Shown here: in pieces, positions 38,450 through 48,298 of the stretch
Layout of the letters: the number at the start of each line of letters is the position of its first letter
Position numbering within the stretch: the stretch's first letter is position 1
DNA from: an uncultured Candidatus Saccharibacteria bacterium
GTDB taxonomy: Bacteria > Patescibacteriota > Saccharimonadia > CAZBQI01
NCBI GenBank assembly: GCA_964494105.1
Contig: CAZBQI010000004.1
Span: 15,810 to 79,809, forward strand
Length of the DNA stretch: 64,000 nt
Direction: 5' to 3'
Notes under the pieces: model-generated
What the model was told of the DNA's origin: nothing
Databases searched by the model: none
What the model saw: only the letters and a program-made list of their open reading frames with translations
Made by a program: the position numbers and the translations under genes

Positions 38450-38509
38450 ATTTTAACTATAGCTTATGGTTATCGACTTGGGCTAGTAACAAAGTGCTAT
38501 TATTAGAAA

Positions 38510-40342
38510 ATGTGCGGAATTGTTGGATACGTTGGTGGTCGCAAAGCAGTGCCCATTCTTGTAGAGGGGATGAAGCGACTGGAGTATAGAGGTTACGATT
38601 CTGCTGGGATTGCGATTATTGAAAATGATCAACTTAATATTGAAAAAGAAGTTGGAAAAGTCGAAAAATTGGTTAGTAAGTTAAGTGCTCAAACGCACAC
38701 AGCTAAAATCGGCATTGGTCATACGCGCTGGGCAACTCACGGTGAGCCGTCAGAGCTAAATGCGCATCCTCACGTATCACACGATCGAATAGCACTTGTT
38801 CATAACGGGATAATCGAGAATCATCTTGAGCTAAAGGCTGAGTTAATCAAGAAGCACCAGGTATTTAAGACAGAAACCGACAGCGAGGTATTGGTGCACC
38901 TAATTTATTCTGTGATGAGCGAGAATAATTCCTCACTCAAAGATGCCACTCTAGGTGCTCTGGGGCGTGTAGAGGGCACTTTTGGCATTTTAGTGATAGA
39001 TAGACATAACCCCGATGAAATTATTGTTAGTCGGCGCGGGAGCCCTTTATTGATGGGTGTAGCCAAGGGTGGCATGGTGTTAGCCAGTGATGCCACCGCA
39101 ATGCTTGGCCACACCAACTCCATTGTGTATTTGCAAGATAATGAACTAGCTGTCTGTAAGGCCGAGGGATACCAGATATACGGACTGGATAACCAAATAC
39201 ATACTCGTAATCCCGAGAAAGTGACCCTTGAGAGAAAATCCATTGAGAAAAGTGGCTATGAGCATTTTCTGCTAAAAGAAATCATGGAGCAACCAGATGC
39301 CGCCGCCAATGCAATCAGAGGTAGGATTGATAAGCAAAATGTAACAAGTCATTTAGGTGGTTTGAATATAAGTGATCAAGTGTGGCGCTCAGCCTCACGA
39401 CTTATTAATGTAGGCTGTGGTACGGCCTCTTATGCCGGCATGCTAGGTAAATATCAGCTAGAGAAGCTACTTAATATACCGGTACAAGTGGAATTTGCCT
39501 CGGAGTTTCGTTACCGTGATCCGGCACTTAGCAGTGGCGATATTGCGATTTTGTTATCACAATCGGGGGAGACGGCCGATACTATAGCATCTCTAAAAGA
39601 GCTAAAACGTAGGGGCATTCCAACCCTTGGGTTGGTAAATGTTGTTGGTTCAACGATAGCGCGCGAAGTTGATGGTGGGGTTTATTTACATTCAGGGCCA
39701 GAAATATCCGTTGCGTCGACCAAAGCTTTTACCAATATGGTGATTGCTCAGCTACTAGTCGGGCTGTATATGGGTAGGTTACGTGGGCTCGGAACAGAGG
39801 AAGGTCAAGAAATAATTGACGCCCTATTAGAGCTACCTCTTCAGATTGCCGCAGTCTTGAAGATGGCTCCCCAGATAAAGCAAATCGCCAGTAAACTCTA
39901 CAAGCATGATAATGCACTATATTTAGGCCGAGACAGCTACTTCCCGGTGGCCCTCGAAGCCTCTCACAAACTGAAGGAGATTTCATATATACACGCCGAG
40001 GCTTACCCAACAGGGGAGATGAAGCATGGTGCAAACGCTTTAATAGATAAAAATCTTTTGGTTGTGATGCTTTGTCCGCACGATCATGTATACGAAAAGT
40101 CACTTAGTAATCTTCAGGAAGTAAATGCACGGCATGGGCGAGTTCTTTTATTGGCAAACGAAGGCGATGACGATATTAAAAATCAAGCCGAGCATGTTAT
40201 AAAAGTACCAAAAACCAACCCATGGACAAGCCCGTTGCTTATGAATACGGCCCTACAATTATTCGCATATTACGTTGCCGTAGCCCGTGGAACCGACGTC
40301 GACCAGCCACGAAATTTGGCGAAGAGTGTAACCGTCGAATAA
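38510..40342 (+). CDS. glmS: Glutamine--fructose-6-phosphate aminotransferase
   Basis: N-terminal MCGIVGY (Ntn Cys), two SIS domains, and C-terminal ...KSVTVE. Confidence 0.95.
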   Translation: MCGIVGYVGGRKAVPILVEGMKRLEYRGYDSAGIAIIENDQLNIEKEVGKVEKLVSKLSAQTHTAKIGIGHTRWATHGEPSELNAHPHVSHDRIALVHNGIIENHLELKAELIKKHQVFKTETDSEVLVHLIYSVMSENNSSLKDATLGALGRVEGTFGILVIDRHNPDEIIVSRRGSPLLMGVAKGGMVLASDATAMLGHTNSIVYLQDNELAVCKAEGYQIYGLDNQIHTRNPEKVTLERKSIEKSGYEHFLLKEIMEQPDAAANAIRGRIDKQNVTSHLGGLNISDQVWRSASRLINVGCGTASYAGMLGKYQLEKLLNIPVQVEFASEFRYRDPALSSGDIAILLSQSGETADTIASLKELKRRGIPTLGLVNVVGSTIAREVDGGVYLHSGPEISVASTKAFTNMVIAQLLVGLYMGRLRGLGTEEGQEIIDALLELPLQIAAVLKMAPQIKQIASKLYKHDNALYLGRDSYFPVALEASHKLKEISYIHAEAYPTGEMKHGANALIDKNLLVVMLCPHDHVYEKSLSNLQEVNARHGRVLLLANEGDDDIKNQAEHVIKVPKTNPWTSPLLMNTALQLFAYYVAVARGTDVDQPRNLAKSVTVE

Positions 40343-40458
40343 GCAAAATCTTTTAGAATTAAAAAGTTTTTTTTAAAAAAACAGCCGTTGCCACAAAGGC
40401 ATGATCCGTAGCATTCGATGCAGGGCAGTGTCAGTAGAGAAATCTGTATTAAATGCAA

Positions 40459-40482
40459 GAAACGGCTTCGGGAAGCCGTTTC
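40459..40482 (+). terminator. Intergenic hairpin terminator between convergent glmS and smpB (10-bp stem GAAACGGCTT/AAGCCGTTTC)
   Basis: Perfect 10-bp stem with a 4-nt loop in the 260-nt convergent gap. T-rich tracts on both sides. Confidence 0.5.
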
Positions 40483-40606
40483 TTAGGGAGCTTTATTTTA
40501 CGTTTTTATTTTTGAGCACTTAATTTGTTCAAGTGCATATTTACAGATTAGTACAAGCATAAGTATCATGTCAACACTTTTATTAACTTTTTTTCAAAAT
40601 ATGGAA

Positions 40607-41062
40607 TTAGCGTTTCGCGCGTTCGATATTTCGTGCTGCTTCGCGTTGCTTAATTAGCCCGCGTTTATCAACTTTTTTTCGTCCGCGCCCAATGCCAATT
40701 TCGATTTTTATTAGCCCGCGTTCAATGCCAGCTTTTAATGGCACAATGGCTAAGCCATTTTGCTTTGCTTGGACCAGTTTTGCCAATTCCTTTTTGTGTA
40801 CAAGTAGCTTACGCGTGCGCGTTTCATCTCTTTCTTGCACGCCTGCTTGCTTGTAGTGGCTGATGTGAGCGTTAAGTACGTATAGTTCGCCCCCGTTAAT
40901 GGTAACGTGGCTACCTTTAAGGCTAATCGCGCCTTGTTTGACACTCTTTACTTCTGCACCATGCAGAACCACCCCAGTTACCAGAGTGTCGGTAATGTCG
41001 TAATCAAATTTTGCTCGTCGGTTGGTTGCTACTACTTTCATTGCTAGCTCATTATATCTCAT
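40607..41062 (-). CDS. smpB: SsrA-binding protein SmpB
   Basis: Conserved SmpB core (NRRAKFDY...GAEVKS...). It lies 5 kb from ssrA. Confidence 0.9.
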   Translation of the reverse strand: MRYNELAMKVVATNRRAKFDYDITDTLVTGVVLHGAEVKSVKQGAISLKGSHVTINGGELYVLNAHISHYKQAGVQERDETRTRKLLVHKKELAKLVQAKQNGLAIVPLKAGIERGLIKIEIGIGRGRKKVDKRGLIKQREAARNIERAKR

Positions 41063-41097
41063 ATACAGTAGCTGGCGCTCTAGGCTATAATTTACTT

Positions 41098-42720
41098 ATG
41101 ATTGTGGAAAGTATCCAAAAAAGCGTAGCCGACGCCATAAAAAGGGCATATGGGGTAAAAATTACCCCTGAAATCATGTACCCGGAGGCTGAGTTTGGTG
41201 ATTTAGCTACCAATGTTGCATTTCAGCTAGCTAAGGAACTAAAGCAAAGCCCAAAAGTCATAGCTGAAACAATTGCAGAAAATCACAAAACTTCAGAGGT
41301 AGAGAGGGCAGTAGCTGTTAATGGCTTCATAAATTTCACCATGACTGATGCCTTCTGGGTGCAAGAAACTAATAAAATTGATGCCAACTTCCTAAAGAAC
41401 ACCTCCGGTAAAGGGGAAAAAGTTCAAGTTGAATTTATATCGGCTAATCCTACTGGCCCTCTAACGCTCGGCAATGCCAGGGGTGGCTATCTGGGTGATG
41501 TGTTAGCAAATGTGCTCAGCGCATCCTCATATAAGGTAGAGCGTGAATACTACTTTAATGATGCTGGCACACAAATAACAAAATTGTTACATTCACTCGA
41601 TATACAGAGGCAAATTAAGCAATACTTAAAAGATACCGATAAGCGGCTTGCCGATCTGAATCCCGAGGAAATTAGCAGGTGGCCTGACCCCGAATATAAA
41701 GGTGAGTATCTTGATGTAGTTCTCGATGAATTCAGTGCCGAGCTAAAAAATAAAGATCCGGCTTTGTCATCTCTGGTGACGAAAGCGATATTTGAACGAT
41801 TTATTGAGGGTGCTATTAATAAGATGGGCATCCACTTCGATACATTCTTTAACGAGGCCAGTTTAAGCGGTACTTATCAGAAGACTATAAAAAAATTAAA
41901 ACAAATGGGATTAACAGAGGAAAAAGATGGCGCACTTTGGCTCAAGAGCCAGCTTTTTGGTGATGATCGAGACAGGGTACTTGAGAAGTCAAACGGGGAC
42001 GTGACGTATTTGGGTAACGACTTGGCGTACCATGCCAATATTTTTGAAGACAGAAAATTCCAGAAAGCCATTAAGATATGGGGTGCCGACCATGCAGGAC
42101 AAGTCCCTTCGCTAAAACTAACAGTTGGTAAGCTATTCCCAGATAAAGAACTGGACTTCATTATTATGCAGTTCGTTCGCCTTATAAAAGACGGCAAAGA
42201 GGTGAAGATGAGTAAGAGGGCAGGCGATTTTGTAACTATCGACGAACTCATAGCCGAGATTCCCTCTGATGTGGCTCGTTTCTTCTTTGTAATGCGCGAG
42301 GTAAACATGCGTATTGATTTTGATTTGAATTTAGCTAAGGAAGAATCTAAGAATAACCCCTATTATTACGTTATGTATACCTATGCGCGTACCTGTTCGA
42401 TTTTACAAAAAGCCAAGGGCAAAAGAATGAAGATAGCTACAGAGGTAACCAACTTATCTGAGCGAGAAGAGGCAATAATTCGAAGTTTGCACAAAATTCC
42501 AATGTTAATAGAGGAAATAAGCACTTCATATGAGGTGTATAAACTAGTTTATTACGGCTTAGAGACTGCTAAGTTGTTTAATGAATATTACGAGAATGAA
42601 AAGGTGCTGGACTTGCCCGAATTAGAGAGATCAAATAGCTTACTGTTTTTAGAGAAATACAGAACAGTTATGGAGCAGTATTTTGGTATTTTAGGTGTTT
42701 CACCTAGAGAATCTATGTAA
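41098..42720 (+). CDS. argS: Arginyl-tRNA synthetase, short form
   Basis: Class I HIGH-equivalent region (SANPTGPLTLGNARGG), KMSKR motif, and a DALR anticodon-binding C-domain. The start is set at the ATG at 41098 (MIVESIQK...), preceded by TATAAT at about 41084. The ORF-track start at 41011 is an N-terminal over-extension. Confidence 0.9.
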   Translation: MIVESIQKSVADAIKRAYGVKITPEIMYPEAEFGDLATNVAFQLAKELKQSPKVIAETIAENHKTSEVERAVAVNGFINFTMTDAFWVQETNKIDANFLKNTSGKGEKVQVEFISANPTGPLTLGNARGGYLGDVLANVLSASSYKVEREYYFNDAGTQITKLLHSLDIQRQIKQYLKDTDKRLADLNPEEISRWPDPEYKGEYLDVVLDEFSAELKNKDPALSSLVTKAIFERFIEGAINKMGIHFDTFFNEASLSGTYQKTIKKLKQMGLTEEKDGALWLKSQLFGDDRDRVLEKSNGDVTYLGNDLAYHANIFEDRKFQKAIKIWGADHAGQVPSLKLTVGKLFPDKELDFIIMQFVRLIKDGKEVKMSKRAGDFVTIDELIAEIPSDVARFFFVMREVNMRIDFDLNLAKEESKNNPYYYVMYTYARTCSILQKAKGKRMKIATEVTNLSEREEAIIRSLHKIPMLIEEISTSYEVYKLVYYGLETAKLFNEYYENEKVLDLPELERSNSLLFLEKYRTVMEQYFGILGVSPRESM

Positions 42721-45578
42721 TGAGTCAGTTTAAGTTAAATAGCGAGCAACAGAAAGCTGTTGAACATGTGAGCGGACCCATGCTGGTTGTGGCTGGCGCC
42801 GGTACGGGCAAGACTCAAGTTGTTACTCAGCGAATCGCTCGACTAATTAGTGAACACAATGTTTCGCCAGCCGAAATTCTAGCAATTACGTTTACAGAAA
42901 AGGCCGCCAATGAAATGCAAGTACGGGTGAGTGAGATACTAGGTCAGTATATGCTTGATGTAAAAATTACTACATTTAATTCATATGGGTACGAATTACT
43001 AAAACGGTTTGCCTATGATATTGGGATCACTCCTGATGCAAATGTGTTGAGTGAAACACAACAGTTGATTTTTTTAAAGCAAAATCTAGATAAATTAAAA
43101 CTAAAATACTATGCTCCACTGACCGGCCCAGAGAGTCTACTGGGTGACTTAGCTCGATATTTCTCTAAGCTAAAGTGCCAGCTAATCTTGCCGCAATCGT
43201 ATAATTCGTATGCAAAAAAACTACTAAGTAGGGCTAATGAAAAGCCGGAAATAGTAACTGCTAATAAGCACCTGGAGCTGGCCGGTGCCTATGATGCTTA
43301 CGAAAAACTAAGCCGAGAACAAAATGTGATCGACTTTGATGACCAGGTGTATTTGGCGGTAAGGCTCCTTCAAGATAACCCCGATATACTGAAGAAACTT
43401 CAAGCCGAGATTAAATTTGTTCTGGTGGATGAGTTTCAAGATACAAATAAGGCGCAAGGTGAGCTAATTGATCTGCTGGTATCGAAGGAAAAAAACCTAA
43501 TGGTGGTTGGCGATGACGACCAGTGTATTTATAGATTCAGGGGAGCGCAAATTGAGAACATTTTAGAGTTTGAGCAAAGATACCCTAATTCAACCGGGGT
43601 ATCCTTGAGGCAAAACTATCGTTCTTCGCAGGCAATATTAGATGCGGCCCATAAGCTGATTGAGCACAATAACCCCGATAGACTTGAATCGCTATATGAG
43701 ATTGATAAGAATTTAGTTGCCCAGTTTAAGGGCAAAAAACCACAATTAAAAACATTTAGTGGTATTGAGGAAGAGGCAGCCTGGATAGCCGACGATATTG
43801 CTAAAAAGGTGCACACAGGTGTGCCCTTAACAGATATAGCTATTTTACTGCGTAAAAATTCGCAGGCAAAGATTTTGGAAAAGTACCTGAGCACAAACGG
43901 AATTGAAAGTTACTTTGTTGGACAGAATCAAGATCTGTATCAGCAGCCAGCCGTCAAGGTAATGTTAAATTTCTTGCGTTGTATTGTTGACCCTCGCGAC
44001 GATATAAGTCTGTATCATCTGCTGACCAGCCCTGTTTACGGGTTTAGCCCGGGTGCATTGAGACATTTTAGTTCTACTGCGCAGCGTTTAGGGATGAGCT
44101 TAAGTGAAGCGATCAAACAAAACGAATCACCGGGCAGTGACCTTGTTGGTATTCTTGAACAAATAGAAAACTGGCGGGAACAGCTTAATCAAGAAAATGT
44201 CGGGCGACTGGCTTATAGTTTTCTTGAAAAAACAGATTACTTAAAAACATTATTGCGTTCAGCCAGTGAAGACGTGCTGGCGGATCAAAATATTCTGAGC
44301 TTGAACCAATTTTTTACTACATTACTAGAGTACGAACGTGTTGCGGAAGATACAACAGCTGTGGGCTACGCGCATGCACTGCCAATTTTACTAGGCGCGG
44401 GTGAACGCTTGAACATAGATGAATTACCTGAGCTTTTTACAGATAAGGTGCGCTTGATTAGTGTTCACCGAGCCAAGGGGCTTGAGTTTGAGCATGTGTA
44501 TTTATTCGATATGACGCAAGGGACATTTCCGAGCATTAATCGTCATGACTCATTGGAGGTGCCGGCAGATCTAACAGGTAGTGAGGTTGTAAATTCGTCA
44601 AAACTACACATTCAAGAAGAGCGTCGGCTTATGTATGTGGCTATGACTCGTGCCAAGCGGGAACTTACCATGACCTACTCCGTAGATCATGGCGGTAAAC
44701 GAGCCTGGCGGCCATCCAGCTTTTTAAGCGAAGCTTTTGGTGGGGTAATTTTGGAGGGCGGAGGTATGCGACCTAAGCGTCAAACTGATCAGATTGAACT
44801 ATTTGCCGCGCCATCTGACGTTGAGAAAATAGAGTTACCCTGGCGACAAGGTAACAAATTAACGCTTTCGGCAGCTCAAATAGAAACCTACCTCCGTTGC
44901 CCAGCAGAATTCAAGCTGCGTTTTATTTTAAACCCACCCCAAATGCCAAGCTTCAACTTAAGCTACGGTAGCTTAATGCATGCATGTTTTCAGCTATATA
45001 ACCAAAGCAAGCGCGATAACAAGACTATTAGCCTAGGCCTTCTACGAGCCCATATAAAGCGCAACTGGCCCAAAGAAGGGTATGTTTACGCTGAGCACAG
45101 TAAACGTGGTTTAGAGCAAGCCATAAGCACGATAGAGCGCTTTTACAAACGCGAGGAAGCTGCCAAAAAGCATCCGATTCAAGTTGAGCGGGCTTTCGAA
45201 GTGGCGCTTAGTGAGATGGATGTAGTGCTAGTTGGTCGGTTTGATGCTGTTTATGACGAAAACGATGGTGTGGAAATCCGTGATTACAAAACCGGAGCCA
45301 GTACTATTACCGACGAAAAAAGTGCCAATACACGGGCAGCCACTAGCCAGCAGTTGGCTTTGTACGCGTTGGCTTGGGAGAAAATGAACAGCCAAGCACC
45401 AGAGCTAGTTACCCTAGATTTTGTCGACGTTGGTTTTATCGGTGCAGCTAAGAAAACCGAGCGGCAATTAAAAACCATCGAGGAAAAAATAAAAACTGTC
45501 GCTGATGGTATTCGAGCAAATAACTATACCCCCGGTAGTTCGCACCAGTTTTGTACACATCAGGAGTATGGGTTTTAA
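42720..45578 (+). CDS. UvrD/PcrA-family SF1 helicase fused to a C-terminal PD-(D/E)xK (RecB/Cas4-like) nuclease domain
   Basis: Motif I AGAGTGKT, motif II VDEFQDT, and motif VI VAMTRAK. The C-terminal ~250 aa carry nuclease-like D...DYK motifs (EIRDYKTG) and Cys residues. Confidence 0.8.
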   Translation: MSQFKLNSEQQKAVEHVSGPMLVVAGAGTGKTQVVTQRIARLISEHNVSPAEILAITFTEKAANEMQVRVSEILGQYMLDVKITTFNSYGYELLKRFAYDIGITPDANVLSETQQLIFLKQNLDKLKLKYYAPLTGPESLLGDLARYFSKLKCQLILPQSYNSYAKKLLSRANEKPEIVTANKHLELAGAYDAYEKLSREQNVIDFDDQVYLAVRLLQDNPDILKKLQAEIKFVLVDEFQDTNKAQGELIDLLVSKEKNLMVVGDDDQCIYRFRGAQIENILEFEQRYPNSTGVSLRQNYRSSQAILDAAHKLIEHNNPDRLESLYEIDKNLVAQFKGKKPQLKTFSGIEEEAAWIADDIAKKVHTGVPLTDIAILLRKNSQAKILEKYLSTNGIESYFVGQNQDLYQQPAVKVMLNFLRCIVDPRDDISLYHLLTSPVYGFSPGALRHFSSTAQRLGMSLSEAIKQNESPGSDLVGILEQIENWREQLNQENVGRLAYSFLEKTDYLKTLLRSASEDVLADQNILSLNQFFTTLLEYERVAEDTTAVGYAHALPILLGAGERLNIDELPELFTDKVRLISVHRAKGLEFEHVYLFDMTQGTFPSINRHDSLEVPADLTGSEVVNSSKLHIQEERRLMYVAMTRAKRELTMTYSVDHGGKRAWRPSSFLSEAFGGVILEGGGMRPKRQTDQIELFAAPSDVEKIELPWRQGNKLTLSAAQIETYLRCPAEFKLRFILNPPQMPSFNLSYGSLMHACFQLYNQSKRDNKTISLGLLRAHIKRNWPKEGYVYAEHSKRGLEQAISTIERFYKREEAAKKHPIQVERAFEVALSEMDVVLVGRFDAVYDENDGVEIRDYKTGASTITDEKSANTRAATSQQLALYALAWEKMNSQAPELVTLDFVDVGFIGAAKKTERQLKTIEEKIKTVADGIRANNYTPGSSHQFCTHQEYGF

Positions 45579-45665
45579 TATGCGCCGACGTTCGACAGAG
45601 TCGAAGTACGAGGCTTTCGCCCGCGCCTATCAAAACGTCGACGAAGCGTCGGAGGAGAATGGGTT

Positions 45666-46124
45666 ATGAAGCGGGACAATATTTGGCTTGAGCGACTCTT
45701 GCGTGCAATATGGGACGATCATTTTCATGACATCGAGCGCAAAGCCCCAATAAAGATTGTTTTTGGGAAGCGGGCGCGCAATCGACTGGGTTCTATTAGT
45801 TTCGATAACGTGACAGGCTATGCAGTAATAAGAATTACGCGACTATTCGCTGATTTGGATGTGCCGGAACTGGTAGTAAAGGGGACAATTGTGCATGAGC
45901 TTTGTCATTACGCCCATGGGTTCCATTCCGGACTAAAACAAAAACACAAGCATCCTCATGCTGGTGGGGTTATTCAAAAAGAATATGCCGAGCGCGGTCT
46001 TGAGGATTTATATATTGCTCAGGAGCAATGGTTAAAAGATGAGTGGCCGAAATTTGTTCGCAAGCAGTACCCGAATTTAAAGTTTCGAACTCGCCGTCGG
46101 TCGTCACGTTTTCGTTTGATCTAG
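45666..46124 (+). CDS. SprT-like/DUF45-like zinc metallopeptidase
   Basis: HELCHYAHGFH (HExxH plus a downstream His) in a ~150-aa protein. Confidence 0.5.
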   Translation: MKRDNIWLERLLRAIWDDHFHDIERKAPIKIVFGKRARNRLGSISFDNVTGYAVIRITRLFADLDVPELVVKGTIVHELCHYAHGFHSGLKQKHKHPHAGGVIQKEYAERGLEDLYIAQEQWLKDEWPKFVRKQYPNLKFRTRRRSSRFRLI

Positions 46125-46136
46125 TATGATAACGAC

Positions 46137-46574
46137 ATGCCTAAATTACTCAATGTTGGGGTGAAAGCGGCCGTAGTTAATAACGGCAAGGTGTTGTTAT
46201 TGCGAAGAACAAGCAATATGGAGCCCGGCACTGAATTTTGGGATTTGCCTGGAGGGAGAATTGAGCAAAATGAATCAATCACAGAAACTCTTGGTCGCGA
46301 GCTAAAGGAAGAGATACTAAATATGAATGATTACACGGTGGGAGAGTTGTTGCACGTTTGGCGACATGATACTGATTTTCCAGAGGGTCACGGATTGCTT
46401 TTGGTTTGCTACCGAGTAGAAGCAAATTTAGAACAAGTTGAACTAAGCGATGAACATAGCGACTACGTCTGGGTAAGTAGTGCTGATGCAGAAGTTTTGC
46501 GTCGTCCAAAGCACGCACAAGTGCAACGGTTGCGTGAGCATCAAATAAAGGTAATTAAGGCAGCTTTAAGCTAG
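46137..46574 (+). CDS. NUDIX hydrolase
   Basis: Nudix box GGRIEQNESITETLGRELKEEI (Gx5Ex7REuxEExGu). Confidence 0.8.
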   Translation: MPKLLNVGVKAAVVNNGKVLLLRRTSNMEPGTEFWDLPGGRIEQNESITETLGRELKEEILNMNDYTVGELLHVWRHDTDFPEGHGLLLVCYRVEANLEQVELSDEHSDYVWVSSADAEVLRRPKHAQVQRLREHQIKVIKAALS

Positions 46575-46609
46575 ACTCCTCTAATTTGCTACAATTAGCG
46601 GTGAATCGT

Positions 46610-46683
46610 CGGGGTGTGGCGCCCCGACGCCAAAGTGTCGGGGCAGGCAGCTTGGTCCGACTTTACGTCGGACGTGGTAGCGC
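46610..46683 (+). repeat. tRNA-Pro 5'-region pseudo-copy with a 51-nt structured D-loop insert (copy 2), ending 3 nt before the GIY-YIG start
   Basis: CGGGGTGTGGCGC-[CCCGACGCCAAAGTGTCGGGG CAGGCAGCTTG GTCCGACTTTACGTCGGAC]-GTGGTAGCGC. The flanks match positions 1-13 and 16-25 of the tRNA-Pro at 46957. Relative to copy 1, hairpin 2 changes GTCCGGC/GTTGGAC to GTCCGAC/GTCGGAC, which preserves pairing. Confidence 0.5.
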
Positions 46684-46686
46684 AAA

Positions 46687-46950
46687 ATGGCATACATATA
46701 TATGCTTCAAAGCAAAACCGGGCAATTTTACGTGGGTAGTACGACTAATTTGAGGCGTCGCCTGAGTCAATATCGAAAAGCGCATACTTTTACAACTAAG
46801 AACTGGCAAAGCTTTAAGCTAGTATTTTCGACAGAGGTGAGAACAATTGCGATTGCCAGAAATGCCGAAAAGCGCATAAAATCTTGGAAGAGAAAGGATT
46901 ATATTCAAAAGATCATTACGGATGGACGTATAAATTTCCTAGAAGCATGA
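46687..46950 (+). CDS. Small GIY-YIG nuclease family protein (copy 2)
   Basis: 87 aa with YIYMLQ...FYVGSTTNLRRRLSQY ... KSWKRKD. It is a paralogue of 26561..26827. No SD; the ATG lies 3 nt after the pseudo-tRNA fragment. Confidence 0.8.
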   Translation: MAYIYMLQSKTGQFYVGSTTNLRRRLSQYRKAHTFTTKNWQSFKLVFSTEVRTIAIARNAEKRIKSWKRKDYIQKIITDGRINFLEA

Positions 46951-46956
46951 TCATTT

Positions 46957-47032
46957 CGGGGTGTGGCGCAGGTGGTAGCGCGCAGCGTTCGGGACGCTGA
47001 GGTCGGAGGTTCAAGTCCTCTCACCCCGACCA
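46957..47032 (+). tRNA. tRNA-Pro (anticodon CGG), CCA encoded
   Basis: CGGGGTGTGGCGCAGGTGGTAGCGCGCAGCGTTCGGGACGCTGAGGTCGGAGGTTCAAGTCCTCTCACCCCGACCA. It has a C1:G72 pair and anticodon loop TTCGGGA, and starts 6 nt after the GIY-YIG stop. Confidence 0.85.
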
Positions 47033-47086
47033 TTTTTGGTTGAGTACATATGGGTGTGACGCAAAGTCTTCTGATATGATTGGCGT

Positions 47087-48298
47087 ATGATTATGAGAGG
47101 CTCAGTAGGTCTAGACAGGCATTTTATACGTTGGAATTGGATGAGAGCCGTTCTCCACAGAGGTTGGTGGTTAGTTACGAGCATATATCTGGTTGTAAAT
47201 GCGAATCTATCACCCTCCCAGCTGCTGCTGATAGGTGTTGCGCAAGGAATTATTGCGTTAATCTTTGAGGTTCCTGCAGGCGTAATGGCAGATACAATTA
47301 GTAGAAAATGGTCTATCATTGTTTCTCATTTATTGATGGGAACTGCGATGATACTCACAGCTTTAACGAAAGACTTCGGACTTATAGTTGCTACCCAAAT
47401 GTTGTGGGGTATTTCATGGACGTTCTCTAGTGGTGCTGACGTCGCTTGGATTACAGATGAGTTAAATGAGCCACAGCTGACATCAAGGGTATTGGTTCGC
47501 TCTGGCAAAGCTCAACTGACAGGTACGGCAGTCGGGCTTATGGGTCTGGGTGTACTGGCTGCTTTAACACAAAACACTGTAGCGATGATAACTGCGGGCG
47601 TAATGATGATAGTTTTAGGATTCTACGTATTTACGCACTTTCGTGAAAACCGATTTATGCCTACACGCACAAAACGATGGTCTGCCTCTTGGTCAATTTT
47701 TACGAAAGGGTTGGGCTTAGTGCGAAGAAGTCGCGCAATATTAGTAATATTTGTCGCCACTTTACTGGTAAGCGGGGCTGCGGAGGTAGGACGACTTTAC
47801 CAAAGGCGACTCGTAGATATAGGTTTAACCACTGACCCTGTTATATGGTTTACAGTCCTGGCAGTGATGGCAGTGCTAGTTGGCGCAGTAGCTTTTCATT
47901 TTGTAGAGAAACATATTGAAGGTGCGCAAACTGCGCGTCGGGGATATATTTTTGCAAGTGCTGTAGGCGCATTTGGATTATTAATCTTAGCAATCACACC
48001 TGAGAAAATTACTGCAAGTTTCGCGATTTTATTTGTCGCTGGGATTGCCACGCCACTTACTGGGACTATTAGTGCGATTTGGGTAAACAGGCAAACAAGC
48101 GACAATGTTAGAGCTACCGTACATTCATTTTTGGCTCAAGCCGAGTACTTAGGTGAGATTCTGCTTGGTATAGTTATTGCGCTAACTGCTTCACAAGCCG
48201 GAATATCGTCGGCACTTATTACGGGCAGTGCTTTATTTGCAGTAACTGGCTTGCTTATTTGGCGTCACGGCTCACTGAAACACACAGCCAAAATTTAG
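47087..48298 (+). CDS. MFS transporter
   Basis: 12 predicted TM helices and an MFS loop motif (GVMADTISRKWS). Confidence 0.75.
   Translation: MIMRGSVGLDRHFIRWNWMRAVLHRGWWLVTSIYLVVNANLSPSQLLLIGVAQGIIALIFEVPAGVMADTISRKWSIIVSHLLMGTAMILTALTKDFGLIVATQMLWGISWTFSSGADVAWITDELNEPQLTSRVLVRSGKAQLTGTAVGLMGLGVLAALTQNTVAMITAGVMMIVLGFYVFTHFRENRFMPTRTKRWSASWSIFTKGLGLVRRSRAILVIFVATLLVSGAAEVGRLYQRRLVDIGLTTDPVIWFTVLAVMAVLVGAVAFHFVEKHIEGAQTARRGYIFASAVGAFGLLILAITPEKITASFAILFVAGIATPLTGTISAIWVNRQTSDNVRATVHSFLAQAEYLGEILLGIVIALTASQAGISSALITGSALFAVTGLLIWRHGSLKHTAKI

Noticed and set aside
41011-41097. Upstream extension of argS predicted by the ORF track (MLVGWLLLL...)
   Set aside because: The extension is hydrophobic, non-conserved, and overlaps the smpB start on the other strand. 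A TATAAT box sits at about 41084 and the conserved ArgRS N-terminus begins at the ATG at 41098.
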